A stretch of DNA of 43,516 nucleotides from Anaerolineales bacterium (GCA_041554155.1 JBFFMI010000003.1:1-43516); one strand, 5' to 3'. Shown: positions 25,602 through 35,978, numbered from the stretch's first letter. The notes: generated from the letters alone by a model not told the origin. A program made the numbers and translations.

Positions 25602-27728
25602 TTAATTCGACCACGTTACCGCACCCCATTGAATGCCACCGAAGGCGACCCGGTTTTCTTGGATAGGACTCCATTGAATATCAGGCATAATCTTTTGATC
25701 GCCGTCGAAAACCCAGGTGCTCATCATGCGGACTGGTAGTGTGCGCGTGGATTGCACAACCAGCTGTAACCCCGGCTCTCTCAGGGCATAGGAAGGTGCG
25801 TGCCATCCGTAAACATCCTGCTGATTAACGATGGCTTCTCCCGCAACAGATTTACCGGCCCGATATATGCCCCACTTTACCTCTTCAGCGGGGAAGTTAA
25901 GTGATGCATTGAACTTCTCATGTTTCAGCACAAGCGTGGTATCGATGACATCCCAGGCCAGGTCGGGCAGGTTCCAATTGAGCGCCACCTGATGCTCGTC
26001 TTTTCCCAGAATATCATCCACGACGACAATCCGTTCGCATCCCAGGATCGCGATACTCCTCTGGTGCACCATCCCCGACCACCGCCTGGCGAGATGGCGG
26101 GCAAAGAGTACATGAAGATCATCCTGCTCATAGCGAACCACATTCGCCAGCGACCAATCCAACCAGAGAAAACGACCACCCTTTAGCATGGGTTCACGCC
26201 CATCCAGCATCACGGTGTTATGACACCAGGCCCCTGAGAAAGCATTGTCCCACGGGGTTGGTGCATTGTAGAGGAAGGTGCCTGGATCGTGCGCGAGATT
26301 AATGCCTTCGTACCAAATATCCAGATGCAGCTGGTCGCTGTGACCGGGCCTGTTCTGGAAGGACGCTGCGCGCAGCGATACCTTCAATCCATTCTTGCGG
26401 GTGAGATGGAGCCCTGCCTGTGGCAGATCAATGGCCTGACTTCTCCCGCCATCGTCATTTGTTCTTCTGGGTGCGCCATCAGCGATGCCCAACCACAATG
26501 CCATATCATCCCACTCGCCTTCTGGGTAATACCCCTCGCCGAAGAAGAGCTTCCACGCAGCCTGGATCGTGGGGCGGTAATCGCCGAAGGGGCGAATGCT
26601 CAGCGGCAACAGTCGGGCACCGTCATTCGGCCCGAAGTTCGGGACGGCACCAAGCTCTTCATCCACAAAAACGGCCAGGCAGGTCGCCATTTGCCCCAGC
26701 GCGTTTAGGGTTGACGGCGCCAAAGGGTCCCCTGCGTCTGCGGCGACATGCGCAACAAGCAATCCAATCTCCAATGCCAGACGATGATAATTTGTTGAAT
26801 GTTGCACATAACCCCCGTCCGGGAAGGTTTGCTGAAGGACTCCTGCTTCGAATGTCCGTTTGCCATGTCGCTTCCATCGTTCCGCATCACCCAGTTCTGG
26901 CATCATCAGGCCGGTCAGAAAAAGCCCTGCACTCTCCAAAAGCAGGTGGTTGTTATTTTGGGCACGGGCATAGGACAGAGAAGGCGGGATTCTCTGGGCA
27001 TGGACGGCGATTGCCTTGAGTAGATCTATCCACTTCTCTGGCTGCGACTGAAATTCTGCTGAAAAGGTTTGCGCGGCAAAGAGCAAGGCGATCAACCGGA
27101 AAGCAACTTCCTGGGCCGAATACCAGTGCACACCCATTTGTGGCGGGTTCGCGACCTTCCAGGATTGGTACAGATCCCAGAAGGTGTCAAAATAACGACG
27201 ATCTCCGCTCACAGCGTAGGCTTGCACCAGTGGAAACACCCACGCAAAACGTGAGAGCTCCCAGACCAATTTCACATCGTGGGGCAAAGCGTTCAGATCG
27301 TAACGGCTCCAGTGCATCGTACCCGGAACGGTTATCCCCCGGCCTACACCCGCCAGGGGTGCAAATGCATGCCAATCCGGGGGTATATCAAATTTAACCT
27401 CGTGGCTACCGAATAGGCAAAATTCCCCGGATTCAATAGCCTTCCCCCGCGCCACCAGCGCGTGCTCACTGCCCTTGCGAATGCGATGGACATTGCGTTT
27501 CAGATCAAAACAGGAAGGTTCCCGATTCGCTGCATGATAGGCCAGCAGCGCTTCAGGATCAGATGGAACCCCGCTTCCCAGCAACCCGGAGAGCGCAACT
27601 TGTGACCAGGACCGAAGCGGCAGGCGCCTGCGGAAGTACCCGCTGCGAAGCGCCAGGCTGTACCAGCCATATTGGCTGAGCGAGGGCAGACCTAATTCTC
27701 GAATCGCGCTTAGGACACGCGGGATCAT
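25602..27728 (-). CDS. Heparinase II/III-like (alginate lyase-fold) protein
   Basis: 'DVKLVWELSRF', 'NNHLLLE', 'DGGYVQHSTNYH', 'GHSDQLH', 'DPGTFLY', 'HNTV'. Confidence 0.85.
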   Translation of the reverse strand: MIPRVLSAIRELGLPSLSQYGWYSLALRSGYFRRRLPLRSWSQVALSGLLGSGVPSDPEALLAYHAANREPSCFDLKRNVHRIRKGSEHALVARGKAIESGEFCLFGSHEVKFDIPPDWHAFAPLAGVGRGITVPGTMHWSRYDLNALPHDVKLVWELSRFAWVFPLVQAYAVSGDRRYFDTFWDLYQSWKVANPPQMGVHWYSAQEVAFRLIALLFAAQTFSAEFQSQPEKWIDLLKAIAVHAQRIPPSLSYARAQNNNHLLLESAGLFLTGLMMPELGDAERWKRHGKRTFEAGVLQQTFPDGGYVQHSTNYHRLALEIGLLVAHVAADAGDPLAPSTLNALGQMATCLAVFVDEELGAVPNFGPNDGARLLPLSIRPFGDYRPTIQAAWKLFFGEGYYPEGEWDDMALWLGIADGAPRRTNDDGGRSQAIDLPQAGLHLTRKNGLKVSLRAASFQNRPGHSDQLHLDIWYEGINLAHDPGTFLYNAPTPWDNAFSGAWCHNTVMLDGREPMLKGGRFLWLDWSLANVVRYEQDDLHVLFARHLARRWSGMVHQRSIAILGCERIVVVDDILGKDEHQVALNWNLPDLAWDVIDTTLVLKHEKFNASLNFPAEEVKWGIYRAGKSVAGEAIVNQQDVYGWHAPSYALREPGLQLVVQSTRTLPVRMMSTWVFDGDQKIMPDIQWSPIQENRVAFGGIQWGAVTWSN

Positions 27729-27736
27729 CAGTGGGG

Positions 27737-29890
27737 TTATCTGGTTATCGAAACCGGCTCGCCTGTGCGTAGAGCTTGAACCGCCGCAAAGCTGGCTCGT
27801 GTCACCGCGAACAGTTGATCATAGGGGATCGGCGGCTCCTGCGTATCGAGAATCGCCTCAGCAAACGCCTCCCACTCAGCCCGATGGCCCTTATCCTGCC
27901 TCAACCTGGTTGAAAAACGCTGCTGTCGACCATTCTCGATCCATGTAAGCCGGCGGAAATCATTCAGGATTCCAACACGTCCTGATTGAAATACCTCCAG
28001 ATACTCTTTCGCAAGCGACCGATCGCCATTAGAAAAATAACTCACAGTACCAATGGATCCATCCATAAAGTCGAGGGTGATGCTCACGCTGTCTTCCATC
28101 GAATCACCCGTCATTGGCAATCCGCTTGCACTTACTCTCGTGGGCAGAGAACCACATATGAAAGTCAGAAAATCGATAAAGTGACATGCTTCCCCAATGA
28201 TCCGGCCACCACCTTGATCGGGGTCAAACAGCCAGTGTGTTGCTGGCAAGGAACCGGCATTTACCCTGTAGTGCATTGCTAGAGGCGCGCCGCTCGTTTT
28301 TAAATGCGATTTCAAGCGTACGGCATGCGGTGAAAAGCGTCGATTAAATCCAACGGTCAGGATGGTTTCACTGGATGCCAGCTCCTCCTGGATCTCATCC
28401 AATTCTTCATGATTGAGCGCCAGCGGTTTTTCACAAAAAACATGCTTGCCCGCTGCTAGTCCGGCCACAACGTAAGCTGCATGCAGATGATGGCGCGTTA
28501 GGATGGCTACCGAGTTGATCTCAGGATCCTGGATCAACTGTTCCGCATCCGTGCCAACCCGCTTGAAGTTGAATCGTTTGCCAAGGTCAGCCGCACTGCG
28601 CCCTGCGGCTGAAGCGATTGCTACCAGTCCAACATCTTTGACCTTCTTGATCGCCGGTAAAAGGACAGCGCTGGCAAAGTTGCCCGCCCCAATCACACCA
28701 AGCTTTACCCCAGCCCTGGGGGGCGCTCCTATATCGCGGTAGTTGATCTGGTGTTCAATGGCTGGTTCCGGGGTTTCAGGATACGTTAGCAGGATTCCTG
28801 TGTAACGTGTCTTTCCCTTCCCTGCAATCAAATCGTATGCCTGGAGCGCATCTTCGATGGCGAACTCTTGTGTTATCAAAGGCTCTACATCAACCGATCC
28901 CGATTCGAGCAGTTCAAGAAAGGCCTGTAGATTTCGCCCTTCCGTCCAGCGAACGTATCCGTAGGGGTAATCCTGCCCTGATTCCTCATAGCCTGGATCG
29001 TACCTTCCGGGTCCATAGGAGCGAGAGATATGGAAGCGCAATTCTTTCTCATAGTACATCTTGCGGGGCAGATGAGTCCCTACGACACCTGTCGCCACGA
29101 CAACGCCACGATCTCGTGCAATTGCGCCGGCAAGCTCAACCGTATCATCTGAAGGGGTGTCTGCACATATTTGAACCAGGTCAAAGCCCAGGTGATTTGT
29201 GAATTCGGGCGTCGCTTGCTCAGCTTCTTCGCGCACAGCGGCGTCAAAACCAAGTTGACGTGCTTCTTCAACACGCTGGGGATCGACATCGATGCCCAGA
29301 ACCGCGCAACCTGCCGCTCTGGCGATGTTCGCCGTTAGCAAGCCCAGCAGCCCCATACCGATCACCGCTACTCGATCACGTACGCCTGCTTCTCCCAACC
29401 TGAACCCATGCAACGCGATTGCGCCTACCGTTGCAAAAGCCCCCGCCTTGAAACTGACCTTCTCTGGAATGCGGGCGATTAAATTACGCGGGACGAGGGC
29501 ATATTCCGCATGAACCGCATAACCCCCACCGGCACAAGCAACCCGATCCCCCACCTGAAAACCTTCCATCCCTGGGCCCAGTCCCTCGATCGTCCCCGCT
29601 GAAGAGTAGCCCAGGGGCAGAGGTTGATCGAGGCGATTTGTAACGGCATCGATGGTGGTCAGCAGGCCTTCACGCCGCGCCTTCTCGATCACCTGGCGCA
29701 CCAGATCTGGACGAGAAGCAGCTTTGCCGATCAGGCTTTTCCCCGCGAATTCCACCAGAGCCCGTTCGGTTCCGGCTGAAACAAGCGAGGCGTGTGTGCG
29801 AACCAACGCCATCTTGGGCTGCACGACTGGTACAGGAATTTCGATCAGCTGTGTTTTACCACTGCGAATATCTTGAACAACTTGCTTCAT
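27737..29890 (-). CDS. Bi-domain oxidoreductase (MDR alcohol dehydrogenase + Gfo/Idh/MocA)
   Basis: 'SLVSAGTE', 'PLGYSSAG', 'GMGLLG', 'SYGPGRYD', then 'GVIGAGNF', 'HVFCEKP', 'VGFNRRF', 'GGGRIIGEACHFID'; ATG 29890 after GAAGGA. Confidence 0.9.
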   Translation of the reverse strand: MKQVVQDIRSGKTQLIEIPVPVVQPKMALVRTHASLVSAGTERALVEFAGKSLIGKAASRPDLVRQVIEKARREGLLTTIDAVTNRLDQPLPLGYSSAGTIEGLGPGMEGFQVGDRVACAGGGYAVHAEYALVPRNLIARIPEKVSFKAGAFATVGAIALHGFRLGEAGVRDRVAVIGMGLLGLLTANIARAAGCAVLGIDVDPQRVEEARQLGFDAAVREEAEQATPEFTNHLGFDLVQICADTPSDDTVELAGAIARDRGVVVATGVVGTHLPRKMYYEKELRFHISRSYGPGRYDPGYEESGQDYPYGYVRWTEGRNLQAFLELLESGSVDVEPLITQEFAIEDALQAYDLIAGKGKTRYTGILLTYPETPEPAIEHQINYRDIGAPPRAGVKLGVIGAGNFASAVLLPAIKKVKDVGLVAIASAAGRSAADLGKRFNFKRVGTDAEQLIQDPEINSVAILTRHHLHAAYVVAGLAAGKHVFCEKPLALNHEELDEIQEELASSETILTVGFNRRFSPHAVRLKSHLKTSGAPLAMHYRVNAGSLPATHWLFDPDQGGGRIIGEACHFIDFLTFICGSLPTRVSASGLPMTGDSMEDSVSITLDFMDGSIGTVSYFSNGDRSLAKEYLEVFQSGRVGILNDFRRLTWIENGRQQRFSTRLRQDKGHRAEWEAFAEAILDTQEPPIPYDQLFAVTRASFAAVQALRTGEPVSITR

Positions 29891-29952
29891 AGTTTCCTTC
29901 ACCGTATGACTAGTGGTCAATCAGTGCGCATCCACAGGCGGGGTGCGAGGCG

Positions 29953-29961
29953 ATTATAGCA
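29953..29961 (-). promoter_or_regulatory. Internal extended -10 promoter in the glycan locus
   Basis: Perfect TGcTATAAT on the minus strand in the 115-nt gap upstream of the oxidoreductase. Confidence 0.6.
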
Positions 29962-30005
29962 TCGCGGCTGCCCCCCCACAGATCAATTTGCTTGACAACA
30001 ACCCA

Positions 30006-30803
30006 CTACGGTGTGCGCTCCAGCCTGGCGGCTGCCTTGTCTGCCAGCCGGGGATGGATGACGTAGTATTGCTGTCCATCTGAATCTTTCTGGGCTAGCC
30101 CTTTGAGGGTCCCGCGCTGTAGAGAACCCACGCCATCGACCATAAGGCGCACCATTTCGGGCTCGAGGCGCTGACGCACTCCGCTCAGCTGTTCGCCTGC
30201 GCTCAACCGATAGTAATGGTGCTTTAAGATCGGTCCGGTATCCACTCCGGCATCCATGAGATGCAAGGTGAGGCCAACCTCGGGTAGCCCTTCCCGGGCT
30301 TCAAGGATGCTCCACTCCAGGGTATCCATGCCACGGTAGCGGGGCAGCAATCCGGAGTGACAATTTAACACCCCGATCGTGGGAATTGCGAGTATATGCT
30401 TGCGGATCAATCCCCCACCCGTGAACACAATCAGGTCCGGTGCAAGAGACTTCAATGAGGCTTCGCACCTCTGCGAGTTAAAGTCGCCCACCTGTCGGCA
30501 GGGGATTCCCATCCGGCGACTGATCGCAATCAAGGTGCGCTCTTCCAAGCGCTGTTCTTCCGCCATAATGGCAAGCGGGGTTTCCGATTTGAAAGCTTCG
30601 CTTTCGGGCAGGATCAGTTTATTGAAGGCTTTCTGCAGCAAGCGCGGTCCTTCACGACGGAGATCAACTCGAATACGCTTGCGTGACCAAAGGCGCCTTA
30701 CATAGACTCCCACCAGCGCTACCCCGTCGAGTTCACCCAATCCCCGGGCAACCAGGCGTGAGTATAAACTGCGGTTCGTAGGTGCTAAGAGCACGACGCG
30801 CAT
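30006..30803 (-). CDS. Formyltransferase-family protein (probable sugar N-formyltransferase)
   Basis: 'VLNCHSGLLPRYRG' and 'LHLMDAGVDTGPI' are N10-formyl-THF motifs. Confidence 0.82.
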   Translation of the reverse strand: MRVVLLAPTNRSLYSRLVARGLGELDGVALVGVYVRRLWSRKRIRVDLRREGPRLLQKAFNKLILPESEAFKSETPLAIMAEEQRLEERTLIAISRRMGIPCRQVGDFNSQRCEASLKSLAPDLIVFTGGGLIRKHILAIPTIGVLNCHSGLLPRYRGMDTLEWSILEAREGLPEVGLTLHLMDAGVDTGPILKHHYYRLSAGEQLSGVRQRLEPEMVRLMVDGVGSLQRGTLKGLAQKDSDGQQYYVIHPRLADKAAARLERTP

Positions 30804-31465
30804 CAGGCCGTTAACTCCAAGAAGGTTGCCTCTGTCTCGCTCAAGGCAAGCAGAAAGCGCAGCTGTGATTCAAGATTATGCCCTTTTATGAAATAACCAT
30901 AGGCCCAATCATTAAGTTTCAGTGCTGCGTTTAAATACCGGAAATCACCAACTCGCTGTGCATAGCGGTTGAACAGAAGGCTCATCGATGCCACTGCCTG
31001 CCAGCGCTCCTTTTCTGTCTGTGGATCAACAAAGCGAAGCGCTCCCTGTTTCCAAACTTCAACGTGACGCAGCAGGGCTTCCAGGCTCGCTCGTTGTGTC
31101 GCCTTGAGAGGTTCCTCCCGATCCACCGCCATGCGCAAAGCTTCAATCCCGCCCACATCGATTTTTCCGCTTCGGACAATCGGCTCATCCGTGTCGGCCC
31201 GCCACCCGGTCGGCTCAATGGGGGTGCGCGGCGCTGATACGTCGATGGCAGGCAACCCTTGAAAGCCAGATCGGTCTAATCGAACGAGCACCCGATGTAG
31301 TTGAGATAGGTAGGGGTTGCCTGAGGGTATGCTTCCATCTGCAACCGCTCCGGCGAGTGCCTGCAACCGCACCCTTAGAAAACTATGCAGTTTCCTTTCA
31401 GGGACCGTGTCGTCCAAAAGTTGCTGTGCTATCGAAAGCACCCATCCCATTAAACGTCGGATCAT
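30803..31465 (-). CDS. Hypothetical protein (helical; C-terminal 'DFRYLNAALKLND')
   Basis: ATG 31465 overlaps the upstream stop (ATGA) and its stop overlaps the next start, so it is coupled within the operon; family not recognised. Confidence 0.6.
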   Translation of the reverse strand: MIRRLMGWVLSIAQQLLDDTVPERKLHSFLRVRLQALAGAVADGSIPSGNPYLSQLHRVLVRLDRSGFQGLPAIDVSAPRTPIEPTGWRADTDEPIVRSGKIDVGGIEALRMAVDREEPLKATQRASLEALLRHVEVWKQGALRFVDPQTEKERWQAVASMSLLFNRYAQRVGDFRYLNAALKLNDWAYGYFIKGHNLESQLRFLLALSETEATFLELTA

Positions 31466-32514
31466 GCCAAGTCGCTTTCGATCTGCAAGCTGGCACTGAT
31501 GCCATCCAGGCCTCTTAGCCCTTCGCCGCTGATGTAGAAGCGGCCTTGAGACATCACGCCAGATGGGCAACTCACCACCCCGTACTTAAATAGCTTCATC
31601 GGTCGCCAGAAATCTTTTTCAAAATGATAGATCTCATCCCAATGGAAACCATCCCTGCTGGCAAAGATTCCGGCCGAATCACGCCGTACCGACGGCCCAG
31701 GCTCCACGGTCGTGAACGCCAAGTGCAGCCCCTCCTTCGTGGTGCTGCCATACCAGGCTGGAGCATCCAGAGTCTGACCGAGTGTCAGCTGCATAGTTTT
31801 CCGGTCCCAGCGACAGCTATGGTTTTGCTCCAGTTGGCTGTCTGTGAGCCAGCAGACCGCTTCTGCGGTGAAAAATAGACGTACAGCACGCCATAATTGT
31901 GTACCTTCTCCAATGCGCTCAATGGTGTTAAAGCGATCGCGCGTTCGGTAAAGGTAACACTCACCCATGGCATCACCGCTGGTGACCCAGAGCGCTTCAG
32001 GGTCGTAGGGGTCACGATAGACACCGTGAATATGGCGCACCTCCCCTGCCGCAAACGTGTGCGCAATTTCCCATTTTTCCAGGGACGGATCCAGGCGGTA
32101 GATTTGAACTTCGCCTCGGCCCGGATTCATGAAGTATTCACCGAAATAGGCCCAACCAGCCTGATCCTCACAAATACCCCCATGCAAGACGCTGTCACCT
32201 TGGATCCTGAAAAGCGATTTCAATCTACCGGAAGCCTTGAGGGCATAGACCTGCCCGGCTCGAATTGCCATCACCCTACTTGCTTCATTCACGAAAAGAG
32301 TGGCTTTATCGGCACGCATGGCGCGTGCCGTGGGCCGGCTGAAACCGAAGAGATCGCGGGGGAAAGCAGGCGGGAACACTGCTGTTTTCGCCCATCTCCC
32401 ACCCGGCTCACCGATCAGGATCTTCCGCCCTTTCGTGGCATACAGCCGACCTTCAAGATCCACATGATGCAGAATCGTGGCCTCCGTCATGCGTTCAAAG
32501 CTGGTAACCCTCAT
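31462..32514 (-). CDS. Hypothetical beta-propeller-like protein (BNR/Asp-box-like) of glycan loci
   Basis: 'FGEY', 'VRHIHGV..DPY', 'SRDGFHW' Asp-box; ATGA overlaps at both ends. Confidence 0.65.
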   Translation of the reverse strand: MRVTSFERMTEATILHHVDLEGRLYATKGRKILIGEPGGRWAKTAVFPPAFPRDLFGFSRPTARAMRADKATLFVNEASRVMAIRAGQVYALKASGRLKSLFRIQGDSVLHGGICEDQAGWAYFGEYFMNPGRGEVQIYRLDPSLEKWEIAHTFAAGEVRHIHGVYRDPYDPEALWVTSGDAMGECYLYRTRDRFNTIERIGEGTQLWRAVRLFFTAEAVCWLTDSQLEQNHSCRWDRKTMQLTLGQTLDAPAWYGSTTKEGLHLAFTTVEPGPSVRRDSAGIFASRDGFHWDEIYHFEKDFWRPMKLFKYGVVSCPSGVMSQGRFYISGEGLRGLDGISASLQIESDLA

Positions 32515-33752
32515 GGGCTGCCACCTTCAGGATGGGCGCGATGGGGTCCCTTGCGTGCGAGCGCTTGATAGAACGCATCGAGCGCCTTACCTACCTGGCC
32601 TCTTTCGGCCCGATTGTCAATGAGGGATTGGTTCAAACTATCTGCCTGTTGGCGCAATTGCAGATCACGCAAAGATTTGACAACCGCATTGGCTAGCGCT
32701 TCAGGGCTACCGGGATCGATGAGGAATCCGTTCACACCATCCTGCACCCATTCTCGAAGCGATTCAAGGCCACCCACAACAGGGAAGCACCCACAGGCTA
32801 TCGCTTCTAAAAATGTGTTGGGGGTGCCATCGTGTTCTGATGGTGAGACCATCACCTGACTACGACGGTACAGCATAGCCATGTCTTCGGGTTGTAGACG
32901 GGGCAGGAGATACACAGACGCCTCTATCCCAAGGCGAGCCACCCATTGTTCAGCTGTTCTTTCACCCATCATCGCTGGGGCGAGGAATACAGTCGCCGGT
33001 ATTTCACGCAGGATATGCGGGATCGCCTGGAAAAAGGTATCGTTCCGCACGTAAGCCCGAAAGCCGCGCGGATTGATCACGACCGGGGTATCGGACGAGA
33101 GCGCTTGCAACGCGCTCTGGATCTCAGGACTCAAACCGTGCAATGTGGGCTCACCCGCCCAAAACAGGTTCCGATCCAAACCACCGCTACCGGGTGCCAC
33201 AAGTGTCGGCAAATCCGGGGCCAAGCCCCATTCCTTTGCAATGCGCACATCACGGTGGCAATCCGCGTGCAAGCCATCCACCCTACGGATAGCACGGCGG
33301 GTCAACCAACCCATCCAGGGCGCACTGCGAGCATGAAGGGTAAAGTCGTTGCCCCATACCGAGATGGCCAGCGGCATACCAGGCTTGGCCTCTGCCGCGA
33401 GCATGCCTTCATACGGTATGCGCAGGGCGTGGAGCACATCGATATCGAGATGTTGTAAAAGGGATCGGAGTCGCCGGATCGACCTGGGGAAAGTCGCCAT
33501 ACCCAACCAACGTCTTGCTGCAGCCCGGAGCTGGATCGCTGCTGCGCCGCCTAGCGCCGGGCTCTCAGATCCCGCCTTGCTGGCCCGTATGCCGCTAAAA
33601 GCCACGGGCGCCAGGTGATGAGAGGCAAGCGGTAGATCTACCTGGGTAGGAAAAGTTGAAAGCAGGTGCACTTCGTATTCCAGATCAAGCAACGCTGTGA
33701 GCCAGCCTCGCGTGATCGGACTGCGCCCATCTGCCAGGATGCCAATGCGCAT
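32511..33752 (-). CDS. Glycosyltransferase family 4
   Basis: 'SVWGND', 'SPSEHDGTPNTFLEAIACG', 'DGVNGFL'. Confidence 0.88.
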   Translation of the reverse strand: MRIGILADGRSPITRGWLTALLDLEYEVHLLSTFPTQVDLPLASHHLAPVAFSGIRASKAGSESPALGGAAAIQLRAAARRWLGMATFPRSIRRLRSLLQHLDIDVLHALRIPYEGMLAAEAKPGMPLAISVWGNDFTLHARSAPWMGWLTRRAIRRVDGLHADCHRDVRIAKEWGLAPDLPTLVAPGSGGLDRNLFWAGEPTLHGLSPEIQSALQALSSDTPVVINPRGFRAYVRNDTFFQAIPHILREIPATVFLAPAMMGERTAEQWVARLGIEASVYLLPRLQPEDMAMLYRRSQVMVSPSEHDGTPNTFLEAIACGCFPVVGGLESLREWVQDGVNGFLIDPGSPEALANAVVKSLRDLQLRQQADSLNQSLIDNRAERGQVGKALDAFYQALARKGPHRAHPEGGSP

Positions 33753-34868
33753 CTAGACTCCCTCGCTTGCTAGCATTAGAGCCTCAAGGAACTTCTTTCG
33801 CATGGCATCGATGTTAAATCGATCAACGGCCAAATCATAGGAGGCCGCCCCCATCCGCAGCAATTGTGCCGGGTTGGATAACGCTGTTTTCAGCGCTTCG
33901 ACCAGCGCATCAACATCACCCGATGGGATCAACCACCCATTTTCATCGGTGACCAGATCGTTCTGGGTACCATCACCGGTGGCGACAATCACTGGTAAAC
34001 CTGCGGCCATCGCCTGCTGCACAGCCAATCCACCTGTCCCTGGAAGGACGAAAATATCTGCGGAGGCGAGCGCATGCTGCAATCGATCCTCAAATAATGA
34101 TCCTGGAAATTCGGCTGTAGGAAATTGATCATCCGCGAGCCTCTCCAGCGTCGCTCGCTCTGGCCCATCACCAATGATCATAAGTTCGGGTTGCGGATCC
34201 AATTGTGAGCAGGCCCTCAAGAGCAAGTCCACTCGCTTGCGTGCTTGCAGGCGTCCGACAAAGATGACCCGTGCTGCTCTCCCGGACAACGGTGTACGCT
34301 CTGGTAGATGTGTTGGAGGCGGTGCCACTGCATTGTGGGCCACAACGATCCTCTTGGCTGGATAGTCCAGGGAGATGTATTCTTCCGCGCCTTGCTCGCT
34401 GTAGGCGATCAACACATCGAACTGATTGACAAATCGCTTCCGATACCTCATCCGCACGTTGGTAAAGATGCCGCTGCTCTCCGGAGCACCCAATCCCCAA
34501 CCCAACACTGGTCTGCCCCGATCCTGCATCCAGGTAATGGCTGCACGGCTTGCCAGATAACGCGGGTTCGCCTCCATAATCAATGCATCCGGATTCCATC
34601 CCTGCAACCAGGACTGCAGGTCGTATTGCCAGCAGAGATAGACCGGGGCTCTAAATAGGTGAAGATTGCGGCCGTGGTGATAACGGGCGATGTCCAACCT
34701 GTCTGCAGGATGAATACCCTCCCCTGACCGTGGATGTCCGGCGTAAACGCTTAAACCTTCTGAACAGATCTCGGCCAGATGGTCGAAAAATGGGGCGCGG
34801 TACGTTGGCAGCACTCGCTGCTGCAAACCCAATCGACCACGAAAGTGCTCTACACCGTGTTTTTCCAA
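33753..34868 (-). CDS. Glycosyltransferase family 4
   Basis: 'FVGRLQARKRVD', 'DIFVLPGTGGLAVQQAMAAGLPVI', 'ENGWL'. Confidence 0.88.
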   Translation of the reverse strand: MEKHGVEHFRGRLGLQQRVLPTYRAPFFDHLAEICSEGLSVYAGHPRSGEGIHPADRLDIARYHHGRNLHLFRAPVYLCWQYDLQSWLQGWNPDALIMEANPRYLASRAAITWMQDRGRPVLGWGLGAPESSGIFTNVRMRYRKRFVNQFDVLIAYSEQGAEEYISLDYPAKRIVVAHNAVAPPPTHLPERTPLSGRAARVIFVGRLQARKRVDLLLRACSQLDPQPELMIIGDGPERATLERLADDQFPTAEFPGSLFEDRLQHALASADIFVLPGTGGLAVQQAMAAGLPVIVATGDGTQNDLVTDENGWLIPSGDVDALVEALKTALSNPAQLLRMGAASYDLAVDRFNIDAMRKKFLEALMLASEGV

Positions 34869-34880
34869 GGAATAGCCGAC

Positions 34881-35912
34881 CTAATCTGGATCCCCGAGCC
34901 CCATGGCCGCAAGATAGCCGTCCACCATTTTGGGCAAACCCAGGTGGGTTTCCGCGTGTTTTCTGGCCCTTTTACGATAGCCAACCTGATCCTTCACAAT
35001 ACCCATCGCTGCGTCGGCCAGGGCTTCAAAATCCGGTTGTTCAAGTTTCCAGGGATCTCCTCCATAGGGGACGATCTCACCGCTGCCCCCGACCACCAAC
35101 TCTACCAATGAACCAGTATCAAACCCAACCACCGGGAGACCGCATGCCAGGGCTTCAATCACTGCATTGGGGCAAGCCGGATGAATGTCAGCGGCAAAGA
35201 AAAGGTGTGCCGAACGATCCAGCGCGGGCACTTCATCACGGGCAACAAGTCCTTGCCAACGTAACGCAATCCGGGATTGCCGCTCTGCGTTCAAGCGTGT
35301 TTGCTCATCCACTTGGCCAACAATCATTAATTCAATTGGCAGCTTGAGTCGATCTGCCAGACATTCGCTGAAGCGAATGCCATGATCCAGTCCCAACTCG
35401 TATCCACCGGCCAACGAGCCCTCTACCATCAATATGCGGATATGGTCATTGGGGCGGGCATGATCGCCTTCAGGGGTATAGGCTGTAAGGTCCACCCCAT
35501 TGTGCACAACGCTATGTAGCACAGGAGCGGGACCATAAGTGCGCTCCCACCACTCCACTACAAATTGACTCTGATAGATGACCCCGTCTGCCAACCTGTT
35601 CCGGATGCGCGACAACAACCAATTGGCCATCTCCGCCCGCATCGCATGGCGTAGACCAGTCCTGCGCACGCGGTGAATCCAGTTGATGCCATCCAATCGC
35701 TGAAAGACCGGGATTCTTCTACGGCGAGCGTCGCGTATCTGCGCTAAATGACGGGTACCTCCGACGATCAGTAGCGCGTCAAGCTGTTGAGCCAGATCAT
35801 AGCTCACCTGGATTCCCCGTCGGTCCAGCTCGGCCTCAAGCTTGGCCTGAAAGCTCACCATGCCACCGACGCCATGTGTCTTTGGCAGCATACCCAGTCG
35901 GACTGATCGCAT
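34881..35912 (-). CDS. Glycosyltransferase family 4
   Basis: 'QRLDG', 'IYQSQF', 'HNGVD', 'CPNAVIEALACGLPVV'. Confidence 0.88.
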   Translation of the reverse strand: MRSVRLGMLPKTHGVGGMVSFQAKLEAELDRRGIQVSYDLAQQLDALLIVGGTRHLAQIRDARRRRIPVFQRLDGINWIHRVRRTGLRHAMRAEMANWLLSRIRNRLADGVIYQSQFVVEWWERTYGPAPVLHSVVHNGVDLTAYTPEGDHARPNDHIRILMVEGSLAGGYELGLDHGIRFSECLADRLKLPIELMIVGQVDEQTRLNAERQSRIALRWQGLVARDEVPALDRSAHLFFAADIHPACPNAVIEALACGLPVVGFDTGSLVELVVGGSGEIVPYGGDPWKLEQPDFEALADAAMGIVKDQVGYRKRARKHAETHLGLPKMVDGYLAAMGLGDPD

Positions 35913-35978
35913 CTACGGCATCAAACCTTTCACGCTACTATGTTTTTCATCGATTGTTGAATGCCAGGCTTTGAGCCT

